Under the pieces are notes generated by a model. It had not been told where the DNA came from. It saw nothing but the letters and a program-made list of their open reading frames with translations, and did no database searches. From the NCBI GenBank assembly GCA_050174015.1, contig JBFXKG010000002.1, positions 96,001 to 160,000 of the forward strand: a stretch of 64,000 bases of DNA, in the 5' to 3' direction. Below are positions 11,948 through 21,180 of this stretch, piece by piece; position 1 is the stretch's first letter, and each line of letters starts with the position of its first letter. A program made the position numbers and the translations under genes. Source of the stretch: Candidatus Krumholzibacteriia bacterium (GTDB taxonomy: Bacteria; Krumholzibacteriota; Krumholzibacteriia; LZORAL124-64-63).

Positions 11948-12557
11948 GATTCGGCTCCCCGCCGTGCTGGTCCCAGATCGCCCGCAGGTTGGCCCGACAA
12001 CGGTGCAGGGCGGTGTAGAAGCCGCCCCGGGTCACGTCGGGATGTTCCTCGCGGAAGGCGGCCAGGGCCCGGCCGGACACCTGGTTGGGGGATCCTCCCC
12101 GCTCCAGGCTCTTCAGCAAGTGGTGGAAGATGCGACCGCAACGGGGGAAACGGCATGACAGTTCGGCGATGGCGTCCTCGAGGGCGGACCGCCCCTCCTC
12201 ATCCAGGGCTCCGGCCAGCGGGTCACTGGTGAATCCGGCGTCACGGGGGTATTCCTCGACGAACTCCATGCGGTCCCGCTCCCTTCGCCTGGTCTGGTAG
12301 TAGTTGCCGATCACGTTGCGAAGCACGGTCAGCGACCAGACCAGGATTCCCACTCCCTGTTTGCGCTCCCTGTAACGGTCGAATACGATCTTCAGGGCGT
12401 CCTGGACCACGTCCTCGATGTGATCCGGCTGGACCCTTCGTTTGGCCAGGGCCAGGAACCTTACGCGCAGGGAATCGAAGAGGGCGGATTCGGCCTCGGG
12501 GTCCCCTCTCTGGGACCGGGCGCAGAGTTCGTCGAGGGAAAGAGCGTCCGCGTTCAC
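11940..12557 (-). CDS. ECF-type RNA polymerase sigma factor
   Basis: Probable GTG start at 12557 (VNADALS). Region 2 IEDVVQDALKIVF...WSLTVLRNVIGNYYQ and region 4 ...TRGGFYTALHRCRANLR. Adjacent to the anti-sigma gene. Confidence 0.85.
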   Translation of the reverse strand: MNADALSLDELCARSQRGDPEAESALFDSLRVRFLALAKRRVQPDHIEDVVQDALKIVFDRYRERKQGVGILVWSLTVLRNVIGNYYQTRRRERDRMEFVEEYPRDAGFTSDPLAGALDEEGRSALEDAIAELSCRFPRCGRIFHHLLKSLERGGSPNQVSGRALAAFREEHPDVTRGGFYTALHRCRANLRAIWDQHGGEPNHE

Positions 12558-12597
12558 GGGGACCTTCCAGGCTGCAGGATTCGGAGGATGAGGGATC

Positions 12598-15591
12598 ATG
12601 TTCCAGATGGTGAAACTTGGCAAGGTCCTTTTGGTCCAGGCCCTTCTGGTCCTGGGACTGGCCGCGGGCCTGACAGCCGCCGACCCCGCCCTGCAGGATC
12701 CCGAACTGGCCTGGCGCCTGCTGATCGCGCAGGATCCGGCCGGAGCCGTCGCCGCGGCCTCGGCCGCGGGCGGAGTCCTGGGGGACTGGATCGGCCTCGA
12801 GGCTGCGGGGCAGGACCCCTCCCTGACCTTCGCCGCCGGGGACGACCGGGTGGCCGCGGCGGCCGCCGCCTTCGGAGAGGCGGACTTCGCGGAAGCCGCC
12901 TCGGTCCTGGAGGGGCTGATCGCCGTCCCGAACCTCTGGGCTCCGGCGGACCTCCTGCACCTGCGCCTGCGGCTCGGCCAGACCCTGATCGAAGTGGGCC
13001 GGCTGGCGGAGGCCGACTCCCTTTTGGGGACGGCCGCGGAAGATGCGGCCGGGCTGGGCCTGCCTCTCTCCCGGTGCTACGGACTCTACCAGCGGGGCAG
13101 GGTCGAGCTGCGGCTGAGAGAGATCGAGACGGCCCGCGGCAACCTCGACACGGCCCTGGGCCTGGCCCTGCAGGAAGACCTTCCCCGCTGGGCGGGGGAC
13201 GCCTGCATCGCCCTGTCCATCATCGACCGGCTGACCATGGACCTCGAGGGAGCTCTCGCCTGGCGCGAGAAGGCTCTGGCGCACTTCCGGGCTGCGGACT
13301 ATCCGGCCGGCCAGGCGCGGGCGCAGCAGTACATCGGGGTGATCCACATCATGCAGGGCGACCTGACCCGGGCCTTGACCTGCTTCCAGGACGGCCTGCG
13401 GGCGGCCGAGGCCTCCGGAGACGAGGCCATCCGCGGTGCGGTGCTGGGGGAGATGGCCGGCGCCAACTACCTGCTCGGGGACTTCCAGGCCGCGCTGTTG
13501 CAGTACCGTGAGGCCATCCGGCTGGTGGACAGCCCCCGGCAGCGGGCGTTCTACCTGACCAACATCGGTTCCATCCACGAATTCCAGGGGAACTTCGACC
13601 AGGCCAGGGAGGTCCTCGAGGAGGCCCTCGAACCCCTGCGCGAGTCGGGCGACCGGAGGAGCGAGGCGGAGGCGATGGTCTCCCTGGGCGAGACCCTGTG
13701 CGAGTCGGGGCGATTCTCCGAGGGGATCGGCTATCTGGATCGGGCCCTGGTCCTGGCCCGGGAATACGAGGCCCCCTACACCGAGGCCTGGGCGCTGAAG
13801 TGCAAGGGGCACGGGCTGCTGGACCAGGGGGACCTGGCCGGGGCGGCGGGGGCCCTGGCCGAGGCCACGGCGGTGGCCCGCGGGGTGGACTACTTCGAGA
13901 TCCTCGAATGGTCCTTGCTGGGCCAGGCCATGGTGGCGCGCCGGTCGGGCGATCTGGAAAAGGCCCTGACGCACCTGCAGGAAGCGCTGGAGGAAGTGGG
14001 GGAGATCCGGCGACGCAGCGGCGGGGCTTCGGCGGTGGCCGGCGGGGTCACCAGCCAGACCTACGGCATCTACGCCGAGACCATCGACGTGATGTACGAG
14101 CTGCACCGCAGGAATCCGGAACGGGGCCTGGACGCGGCCGCCTTCGCAGTGGCGCAGGACGCCAAGGCCCGCGTCTTTTTGAACCTGCTGGCCGAGGCCG
14201 AGTTCGACCTGAACGTCAGCGCCGTGCCCGGCTACCGGCAGCAGGAACAGGAGATCCTCGCCAGGATCATCGGGCTCGAGCGGGAGATCGCCGCAGCCAG
14301 GGCCGCGGCCGCTCCTGCCGACACCCTGGGCAGCCTGCAGGCCCGCCTGGCGGCGGCCGAGGGTGAACTCGACCTGCTCGAGGCCCGCCTGCGCCGCGAG
14401 GATCCCCGCTACGCTTCGGTGCTCCATCCCGAACCCCTGACCCTCGCCGGCCTCGCGGGCACCGTCCTGCGTCCGGGCGAGCTGTTCCTGGACTACGCCC
14501 TCGGCGACAGCGCCAGCTACCTGTGGGCGGTCTCGCCCACCGGTTCCCGCTTCGTGCGGCTGCCGGCGCGGGACGAGGTGGCACGCCAAGCCGAGGCGCT
14601 CCTGCCCCTGCTGGCCGATTACAACCTCACCGGGGGCGATCCTGCCTGGTTCGCCCCGCAGGCCCGGGCCCTGGCCGTCACCTTGCTGGGGCCGGTGCAG
14701 GATCTGGTCGACCGGGCCGAGCGCCTGGTGATCTCCCCGGACGGGGCGCTGCACTACCTGCCCTTCGAGGTCCTCCTGACGGACGATCGCGGGGGGACCT
14801 CCTGCCGGGACCTGTCCTTCCTGATCCGGTCCAAGGTGGTTTCGGTCACCCCCTCGGCCAGCGTCCTGGCCCGGGTGCGTTCCCGGAAGCCGGCCCCGGC
14901 CCAGGGATCCTGGCTGCTGGTGGGCGACCCGGTCCTGGTGAAGGGGAGCGAGGCGGACATGTTCGCCCATGCGGCGGGTGCGGCCGATCTGCCGCCCCTG
15001 CCCTTCGCCTCGGCGGAGATGAAGGCCATCGCCGGGCTGGCGCCGGGAGGGGGGGCGATCGTCCTGCAGCGGACCGACGCCACGGTGCGGAACCTGCGGG
15101 CGGCCGGCGGCCATGAAGCCTTCGCCCAGGTGCACTTCGCCACCCACGGGTTGCTCAACGAAAGCCGGCCGCGCTACTCGGGGCTGGTCCTCAGCCCCGA
15201 CCCCGAGGACGGGTCCACGGGCTTCCTCAGCGTCCCGGACGTCTTCGGGCTGGGTCTGGATTGCGACCAGGTCGTGCTGGCCGCCTGCGCCACGGGACTG
15301 GGCCGTCACGTCGGCGGCGAGGGGCTGGTCGGTCTGACCCGCAGCTTCATGTTCGCCGGGGCGCGCAGCGTGGTCGCCAGCCTGTGGCACGTCTCGGGCG
15401 AGGCGACGGCCCTGGTGATGGAGGACTATTATCGCCGGCTGGCCGGGGGGGAGACGGACCGGGCTCTGGCCCTCGCCCTCGTCAAGCGGGCCATGATCGA
15501 GGGCGGGGCCGGGAGGCTGACCGGGGACCTGGACACCGCCCATCCCGCCTTCTGGGCGGCCTTCGTCCTCAGCGGCGAGGGCGGCGGATAA
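12598..15591 (+). CDS. Signal peptide + TPR + coiled-coil + CHAT (caspase-like, clan CD) protease
   Basis: N-terminal hydrophobic signal and TPR array. CHAT motifs ISPDGALHYLPFEVL, VHFATHG (His codon 15145), VVLAACATG (Cys codon 15286), GARSVVASLW and HPAFWAAF. Confidence 0.92.
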   Translation: MFQMVKLGKVLLVQALLVLGLAAGLTAADPALQDPELAWRLLIAQDPAGAVAAASAAGGVLGDWIGLEAAGQDPSLTFAAGDDRVAAAAAAFGEADFAEAASVLEGLIAVPNLWAPADLLHLRLRLGQTLIEVGRLAEADSLLGTAAEDAAGLGLPLSRCYGLYQRGRVELRLREIETARGNLDTALGLALQEDLPRWAGDACIALSIIDRLTMDLEGALAWREKALAHFRAADYPAGQARAQQYIGVIHIMQGDLTRALTCFQDGLRAAEASGDEAIRGAVLGEMAGANYLLGDFQAALLQYREAIRLVDSPRQRAFYLTNIGSIHEFQGNFDQAREVLEEALEPLRESGDRRSEAEAMVSLGETLCESGRFSEGIGYLDRALVLAREYEAPYTEAWALKCKGHGLLDQGDLAGAAGALAEATAVARGVDYFEILEWSLLGQAMVARRSGDLEKALTHLQEALEEVGEIRRRSGGASAVAGGVTSQTYGIYAETIDVMYELHRRNPERGLDAAAFAVAQDAKARVFLNLLAEAEFDLNVSAVPGYRQQEQEILARIIGLEREIAAARAAAAPADTLGSLQARLAAAEGELDLLEARLRREDPRYASVLHPEPLTLAGLAGTVLRPGELFLDYALGDSASYLWAVSPTGSRFVRLPARDEVARQAEALLPLLADYNLTGGDPAWFAPQARALAVTLLGPVQDLVDRAERLVISPDGALHYLPFEVLLTDDRGGTSCRDLSFLIRSKVVSVTPSASVLARVRSRKPAPAQGSWLLVGDPVLVKGSEADMFAHAAGAADLPPLPFASAEMKAIAGLAPGGGAIVLQRTDATVRNLRAAGGHEAFAQVHFATHGLLNESRPRYSGLVLSPDPEDGSTGFLSVPDVFGLGLDCDQVVLAACATGLGRHVGGEGLVGLTRSFMFAGARSVVASLWHVSGEATALVMEDYYRRLAGGETDRALALALVKRAMIEGGAGRLTGDLDTAHPAFWAAFVLSGEGGG

Positions 15592-15670
15592 TTTGGTGGT
15601 GGGCGAGGATGTTGGCTACATTGGCGACTGAACCGGCATGGACCAAGCCTCCAACGGATCTGGTGGAAAC

Positions 15671-17260
15671 ATGAACCCTGCGCCCATCGAACTGTTCGAT
15701 ACCCTCAGCGGCGCCCGGCGCCCCCTGGAGACTCTCGAGCCCGGCAAGGTCGGCATCTACTGCTGCGGCCCGACGGTCTACGACCTGACGCACGTGGGCA
15801 ACGCCCGGGCGGCCATCGTGCCCGACGTCATCGTGCGTTTCCTGCGGCAACAGGGCTACGAGGTCAAGTACGTCCGCAACATCACCGACATCGACGACAA
15901 GATCATCAGGCGAAGCCTGGAGGAAGGCAGGCCCGCGGTCGAGGTGGCGGCCAGGTACGCTGCGGAGTATCACCGGGACATGGCGGACCTGAACGTGACC
16001 CCTCCGGATGTCGAGCCCTGCGTCCAGGATCACATCCCCCAGATCATCGAGCTGGTGCGGTCCCTGGTGGACAAGGGCCTGGCCTACGCCGTGGACGGCG
16101 ACGTCTACTACCGCGTCCGGGCCTTTCCCGGCTACGGCAAGCTGAGCAAGCGCCGCATCGAGGAGATGGTCGAAGGGGCCGGCTCGCGCATCGAGGTGGA
16201 CGAGCGCAAGGAGTCCCCCCTGGACTTCGCCCTGTGGAAGGGAGCCAAGTCCGGCGAACCCGCCTGGGACAGCCCCTGGGGATCCGGCCGGCCCGGCTGG
16301 CACATCGAGTGCTCGGCCATGAGCTCCACCCACCTCGGAGACAGCTTCGACATCCACACCGGCGGGCGAGACCTGGTCTTCCCGCACCACGAGAACGAGA
16401 TCGCCCAGAGCCAGGGGGCCCACGGGGAGGACACCTTCGCCCGTTTCTGGATGCACAACGGCTTCATCAACTTCGCCGGCGAGAAGATGTCCAAGAGCCT
16501 GGGCAACTTCTTCACCACCCGCGAGATCACGGCCCTGTATCCGCCCGAGACCCTGCGCTACTTCCTGCTGACGGTCCACTACCGCAGCGGGCTGAACTTC
16601 GAGATCGAGGTGAAGTGCCCGGGCTGCGGAGCGGAGCTGGGTCCCGACGAGCAGGAGACCGGCCTGTGCCGGACCTGCGGCCACCGCACCGGCACGGAGG
16701 ACCTGCGCCGCCGCGTCCGCTTCCCCGGTCTGGAGGAGGCCGACGACCGGCTGGCCTACGTCTACGGCACCCTGCTGAAGGCGCGCGCCTTCCTGGCGGC
16801 GGGCACTCGTCCGTCCGGGGAGGAACCCCTGGGCGAGGCCACCGCGGGCATGCTCGCGGCCTTCGTCGAGCACATGCGCGGCGACTTCAACACCGGCGGG
16901 GCCCTCGGCGCCCTCAGCAAACCCCTGGGCGAGGTCAACGGGCTGCTGGATTCGGGCAAGGGCCTCGGCAAGGCCACGCGGTACCTGACTCTCGAGCGCT
17001 TCGTCCAGGACATGGAGCAGGTGGCCGCCATCCTGGGCTGCTTCGGGCAGGATCCCGCAACCTGGCTGCAGCAGCGCCGCGACCTGAAGGCCGCCCGCCT
17101 GGGTCTGGACATCGAGAGGGTCGAGCGGTTGCTGGCCGAGCGCACGGCTGCGCGGCAGGGGAAGGACTGGGCGGCGGCCGACCGCATCCGGGACGAGCTG
17201 GCGGACCTGGGCGTGGGAGTCCAGGACGGGCCCGAGGGGTCCGTCTGGTCGTTCCTCTAG
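15671..17260 (+). CDS. cysS: Cysteine--tRNA ligase with a Zn-ribbon-like insertion
   Basis: YCCGPTVYD, HVGNAR (HIGH), NITDIDDKII, GRPGWHIECSAM, FPHHENE and KMSKSLGN. Confidence 0.97.
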   Translation: MNPAPIELFDTLSGARRPLETLEPGKVGIYCCGPTVYDLTHVGNARAAIVPDVIVRFLRQQGYEVKYVRNITDIDDKIIRRSLEEGRPAVEVAARYAAEYHRDMADLNVTPPDVEPCVQDHIPQIIELVRSLVDKGLAYAVDGDVYYRVRAFPGYGKLSKRRIEEMVEGAGSRIEVDERKESPLDFALWKGAKSGEPAWDSPWGSGRPGWHIECSAMSSTHLGDSFDIHTGGRDLVFPHHENEIAQSQGAHGEDTFARFWMHNGFINFAGEKMSKSLGNFFTTREITALYPPETLRYFLLTVHYRSGLNFEIEVKCPGCGAELGPDEQETGLCRTCGHRTGTEDLRRRVRFPGLEEADDRLAYVYGTLLKARAFLAAGTRPSGEEPLGEATAGMLAAFVEHMRGDFNTGGALGALSKPLGEVNGLLDSGKGLGKATRYLTLERFVQDMEQVAAILGCFGQDPATWLQQRRDLKAARLGLDIERVERLLAERTAARQGKDWAAADRIRDELADLGVGVQDGPEGSVWSFL

Positions 17261-17513
17261 CCCCGGGTTCCCGGCCGCCCGGGAACTTTCGGTAAGACTC
17301 CGCCCCTTCGCCAAACGACTCCCCATCATGGGGATGGAGGCCGCGGGCGCCTGCGGGGGGCGCCCGCGGAGGACACCGATCGGGAAAATGGGTGACAGCG
17401 GCTAAAGGAATGTTTAACGTGAGGTAAGGAGGCGGCGGTTCATTTTAGGGTCCGTCCAGTCTTGCATCCAAAGATCGGTCGCCGGGGGAAGGACCGACCA
17501 ACCGTCGGATGAT

Positions 17514-18752
17514 ATGGATTCGAACGTCAACAAGTCCCTGAGCGGCAGGGAACTGGACGGCTGCGACTCCCCGGCCCAGCAGTTCCAGCGGCTCAAGATG
17601 GAAAGCCTCGAGCTGATGGCCAGCGGCCTGGCCCACGACTTCAACAACCTCCTGCTGGCCATCATGGGGAACGCCGACCTGCTCGCACAGGATCTCACCC
17701 CGAACAACCCTGCGCTCGCCCTCGTCGACGAGATCCGGACCTCCGCGGGCCGCGCCGCCGAGATCTGCAACAAGCTGCTGGCCTTCGCCGGCAAGGGCAG
17801 GCTGCACTTCCAGTTCGTGGATCTGGCCGAGGTCACCCGCAGCATGGTCCAGATGGTCAAGGTGGCGGTGTCCCGCCAGATCACCCTGCGCCTGGATCTG
17901 GACGACAGCCTGCCGCTGATCCAGGCGGACCTGACCCAGATCCACCAGGTCATCATGAACCTGGTGGTGAACGCCTCGGAGGCGATCGCCCAGAGGGAAG
18001 GGGTGATCACCCTGGCGAGCGGCCGCATGGACTGCCCGCCCGGGGACTTCGGCTTCTGCGCCCTGCTGCCGGGGCAGCCCGATGGGGAGTTCGTGTTCCT
18101 GGAAGTCACCGACAGCGGCCCGGGGATTCCCCCGGACGCCCTGGGCAGGATCTTCGATCCCTTCTACTCGACCAAGCTCCAGGGGCGGGGACTGGGGCTG
18201 GCCTCGGTGCTCGGGGCGGTCCGCAGCCATAACGGCGGGCTGTGCGTCCGGTCGGACCCCGGCAAGGGCGCGACCTTCCGGGTCTGCCTCCCGTTGAATC
18301 GCCAGATGAACGGGAAGCAGGCCAAGCCGGCCCAGCCCCAGGTGCGGGTGAAGGGCGGGACCATCCTGGTCGTGGAGGATGAGGCGACCCTCCGCAACCT
18401 CTGTTCCCGGATGCTGAGCCGGCTGGGTTACGAACCCGTGGTGGCCGGGGATGGGCCGCAGGGTATCGAACTGTTCACCCGGAGGCACCAGGAGATCTCC
18501 TGCGTGATCCTGGATCTGATCATGCCGGGGATGAACGGGCTGGAGGTGCTGGATCGGATCCAGACCCTGAAGCCGGGCACCAGGGTCATCATGACCAGCG
18601 GTTACCATGAGCAGGAGATCGCCCGGAGATTCGCCGACCGGGGCCTTGCCGGCTTCATCCAGAAACCCTACGTGATGGCGGATCTGGCGCGGGTCCTGTC
18701 CGAGGTGGTCGGGGAGGTCACCCCAGCGGAGGAACCGGATCCGGAATCCTGA
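17514..18752 (+). CDS. Cytoplasmic hybrid histidine kinase (HisKA-HATPase-REC) without an input domain
   Basis: ASGLAHDFNNLL (H-box), NLVVNASEA, DSGPGI, FDPFYSTK and GRGLGLA. Receiver VVEDE...ILDLIMPGMNG...FIQKP. Confidence 0.92.
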   Translation: MDSNVNKSLSGRELDGCDSPAQQFQRLKMESLELMASGLAHDFNNLLLAIMGNADLLAQDLTPNNPALALVDEIRTSAGRAAEICNKLLAFAGKGRLHFQFVDLAEVTRSMVQMVKVAVSRQITLRLDLDDSLPLIQADLTQIHQVIMNLVVNASEAIAQREGVITLASGRMDCPPGDFGFCALLPGQPDGEFVFLEVTDSGPGIPPDALGRIFDPFYSTKLQGRGLGLASVLGAVRSHNGGLCVRSDPGKGATFRVCLPLNRQMNGKQAKPAQPQVRVKGGTILVVEDEATLRNLCSRMLSRLGYEPVVAGDGPQGIELFTRRHQEISCVILDLIMPGMNGLEVLDRIQTLKPGTRVIMTSGYHEQEIARRFADRGLAGFIQKPYVMADLARVLSEVVGEVTPAEEPDPES

Positions 18753-20025
18753 CCCTGCCCAGCGCCGCCTCCGGATCCTTCAGCCCGTGGCCGGTCACCA
18801 TCACCGCCACCTTGTCCGAGGCGGAGATCAGGCCCTTCTCCCTGGCGGCCACCACTCCCGCCAGGCCGGCCGCACCGGAGGGCTCGGCGAAGATTCCCGC
18901 TTTTTCCGCCAGCAGACCGATGGCCTCCAGGATGGCCTCGTCGGCAACGGCCAGGAACCCGCCGCCGCTGAGGGCGACGTTTCGCCAGGCCTTCAGCCGG
19001 TTGCGGGGGATGCCGACGCTGATGGAATCGGCCACCGTCCGCGGGGCCAGACGGGGGACCGCGGCCAGGACCTGCCGGGATGCGAATTCCGCCGCTCCGG
19101 GACCCGCCTTGCGCCAGCCTTCGGCCAGGGGGGCGGCGCCCGCAGCCTGGACCCCGTAGATGCGGGGCATCCTGCCGATGAGCCCCAGCGCCTTCAGTTC
19201 CCCGAAGGCCTTCCCCACCGAGGACACGATGCAGCCGTCGCCCACCGGGACGAACACCGCATCCGGCAGGCGATCGTCCCCGCCCTGGAAGTCGTCCGTC
19301 AGGGCGGCGGCGAGTTCCAGGGCCGCGGTCTTCTTGCCCTCGACCAGCAGGGGGTTGTGGGCGCAGTTCCGGCTGTACCAGCTGTTCCGTTCGATCTCCC
19401 GAATGGACAGGTCGAAAGCCTGGTCGTAGGTGCCGTCCACGGGGATGACCCTGGCGCCGTGCAGGAGCAGCTGGGCCAGCTTGGCCCGGGGGGCTGTCCT
19501 GGGGACGAAGATGGTGGCGGCGAGTCCGGCCCGGGCGGCCAGGACGGCCAGGCTGGCCGCGGCGTTGCCGGTGGAGGCGCAGGCCAGGTGGTCGATCCCC
19601 AGGCCCACGGCATGGGCGATGGCCAGGGCCGCCGCGCGGTCCTTGAGACTGGCGGACGGCAGACCGGTGTCGTCCTTGATGACCAGGCCGCCGAGGCCCA
19701 GGTGGGCCGCCAGCCGGCCGGCCTCGAAGGCCGGGGTGCCGCCGAGGGTCCAGCACGGGTGGGCCGCTTCGGGAGCGACCGGCAGCAGGGGTGCGAACCG
19801 CCACATCCCGCCAGCCGGATGGGCGCCGAAGGGATTGCCCGCCGGCAGATCGCGCCGGACGGCGTCCAGGTCCAGACGGACGTCCAGGATCCCGTCCACC
19901 CCGCAGTCCCCGCAGACGAACACCCGGTCCCCGGGGCCGTACTCGCGCCCGCAGAGCAGGCAGGTGGTCCCCTGCCAGCGGGGGTTGGTCCGGACCCGGG
20001 GCAGGTGTTCGTGCGGCAGGTTCAC
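18718..20025 (-). CDS. Threonine-synthase-like PLP enzyme (fold type II)
   Basis: GTG start at 20025 after AGGAGA. N-terminal CLLC/CGDC, PSASLKDRA (PLP Lys), ASTGNAAASLA, PVGDG, AEPSGAA and TGHGLKD. Confidence 0.85.
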   Translation of the reverse strand: MNLPHEHLPRVRTNPRWQGTTCLLCGREYGPGDRVFVCGDCGVDGILDVRLDLDAVRRDLPAGNPFGAHPAGGMWRFAPLLPVAPEAAHPCWTLGGTPAFEAGRLAAHLGLGGLVIKDDTGLPSASLKDRAAALAIAHAVGLGIDHLACASTGNAAASLAVLAARAGLAATIFVPRTAPRAKLAQLLLHGARVIPVDGTYDQAFDLSIREIERNSWYSRNCAHNPLLVEGKKTAALELAAALTDDFQGGDDRLPDAVFVPVGDGCIVSSVGKAFGELKALGLIGRMPRIYGVQAAGAAPLAEGWRKAGPGAAEFASRQVLAAVPRLAPRTVADSISVGIPRNRLKAWRNVALSGGGFLAVADEAILEAIGLLAEKAGIFAEPSGAAGLAGVVAAREKGLISASDKVAVMVTGHGLKDPEAALGRVRIPDPVPPLG

Positions 20026-20033
20026 GGCGTCTC

Positions 20034-21011
20034 CTACATGGTCAGGGCCATCAGGCCCTTGGCGGTGTGCAGCCGGTTCTCGGCCTCGTCCCAGACGACC
20101 GAGTGCGGGCCGTCGATGACCCCGTCGGTGACTTCCTGGCCGCGGCTGGCCGGCAGCGGGTGCATGTAGATGGATCCGGGGGCGGTCAGGGCCATGCGCT
20201 TCTCGTCGGCGATCCACCCGGGGTACTTGTCGATGTGCTTCACCGCCGCCTGCCGGTCGGGCTCGTGGACCAGGCAGCCCCAGCTCTTGGGGTAGACGAT
20301 GTGGGCGCCCTCGAAGGCCGCGTCCATGTCGTCCACGATCCGGAACTCCCCGCCGGCCGCCTTGGCGTTGGCCTCGGCCTGCGCCAGGATCTCGGGCTTC
20401 AGCTTGAATTCGGGGGGATGGGCCAGGGTCACGTCCAGACCGAACCGGGTCATCAGCAGGATCTCCGAGTGGGGGACGGAGATGGGACGGACGTAACTGG
20501 GCGCGTAGGTCCAGCTGACCGTCATCTTGCGGCCGCGGACCTCGTCGCGGAACTTCTCGCGGATGGTCATCAGGTCGGCGACGGCCTGGCAGGGGTGGTA
20601 CAGGTCGCACTGGAGGTTGATCAAAGGCACCCGGCTGATCTCCGCGACGCTGCGCATGAAGCGGTTGCCCACGCCCCAGTCGCAGTTGCGGACGGCGATC
20701 CCGTGCCCCATGCGGCTGAGCACGCGGGCGGTGTCCTCGGCCGTCTCGCCGTGGCTGAGCTGGAGCTTGTCCGGCGACAGGAAGTGGGCGTGGCCGCCCA
20801 GCTGGGTCATGCCCGCCTCCATGCTGTTGCGGGTGCGGGTGCTCTGCTCGTAGAACATCATGAACAGGGTCTTGTCGCGCAGCAGGGCGTGGGGTTCGTC
20901 GCGGTAGAACTTGCGCTTGAGGTCCCAGCTGGTCTGCAGCAGCAGTTCGATCTCCTCGGTGGACCAATCCTGGGTGGTGATGAAGTGGCGTCCCTGGAGG
21001 GGCTTGCTCAT
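20034..21011 (-). CDS. Carbamoyltransferase of the YgeW-like/non-canonical OTCase type
   Basis: QSTRTRNS and HPCQ (carbamoyl-phosphate binding). SWTYAPSYVRPISVPHS and YPKSW resemble YgeW. Has MHPLP instead of HCLP and no SMG loop. Confidence 0.85.
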   Translation of the reverse strand: MSKPLQGRHFITTQDWSTEEIELLLQTSWDLKRKFYRDEPHALLRDKTLFMMFYEQSTRTRNSMEAGMTQLGGHAHFLSPDKLQLSHGETAEDTARVLSRMGHGIAVRNCDWGVGNRFMRSVAEISRVPLINLQCDLYHPCQAVADLMTIREKFRDEVRGRKMTVSWTYAPSYVRPISVPHSEILLMTRFGLDVTLAHPPEFKLKPEILAQAEANAKAAGGEFRIVDDMDAAFEGAHIVYPKSWGCLVHEPDRQAAVKHIDKYPGWIADEKRMALTAPGSIYMHPLPASRGQEVTDGVIDGPHSVVWDEAENRLHTAKGLMALTM

Positions 21012-21124
21012 GGGGGTTCCTTTCTCGCCGGGTGGGCGCCCGGTCGCCCGTGGTTCGTCGCGGTAACCGGGGAATGTAATCCATGACCGGGCGGCGACTC
21101 AAACCCGATGTCGCCGCCGGCCCC

Positions 21125-21156
21125 AAAAAAAACCGCCCGCGCGAAGGCGGGCGGTT
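21125..21156 (-). terminator. Intrinsic terminator after the lamin-tail protein gene
   Basis: AACCGCCCGC/GCGGGCGGTT stem with an A8 run on +, which is a U-tract on -. Confidence 0.8.
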
Positions 21157-21180
21157 CCGGGGTCCAGGGGACGCCGGAGT

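Noticed and set aside
12241..15543. 1100-aa minus-strand ORF and many other long overlapping ORFs (e.g. 23147..25795, 34651..37104, 40204..42348)
   Set aside because: These are antisense or off-frame shadows of well-supported genes. High GC suppresses stop codons and the translations have no motifs.
12598..15591. CHAT protease as part of a CRISPR type III-E or other defence locus
   Set aside because: No cas genes, repeat-spacer array or gasdermin-like gene is visible, and the protein appears to be exported.
16601..16723. Intein or intron in cysS
   Set aside because: The insert is only about 40 codons, is in frame, and has no intein terminal His-Asn or splicing motifs.
18718..21126. Apparent 802-aa protein in the ORF track
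   Set aside because: The N-terminal half is an off-frame overlap with the carbamoyltransferase gene. The real start is GTG 20025 with its own RBS. The same artefact affects 21942..24182, 49716..52070, 52069..54843 and 58881..61604.
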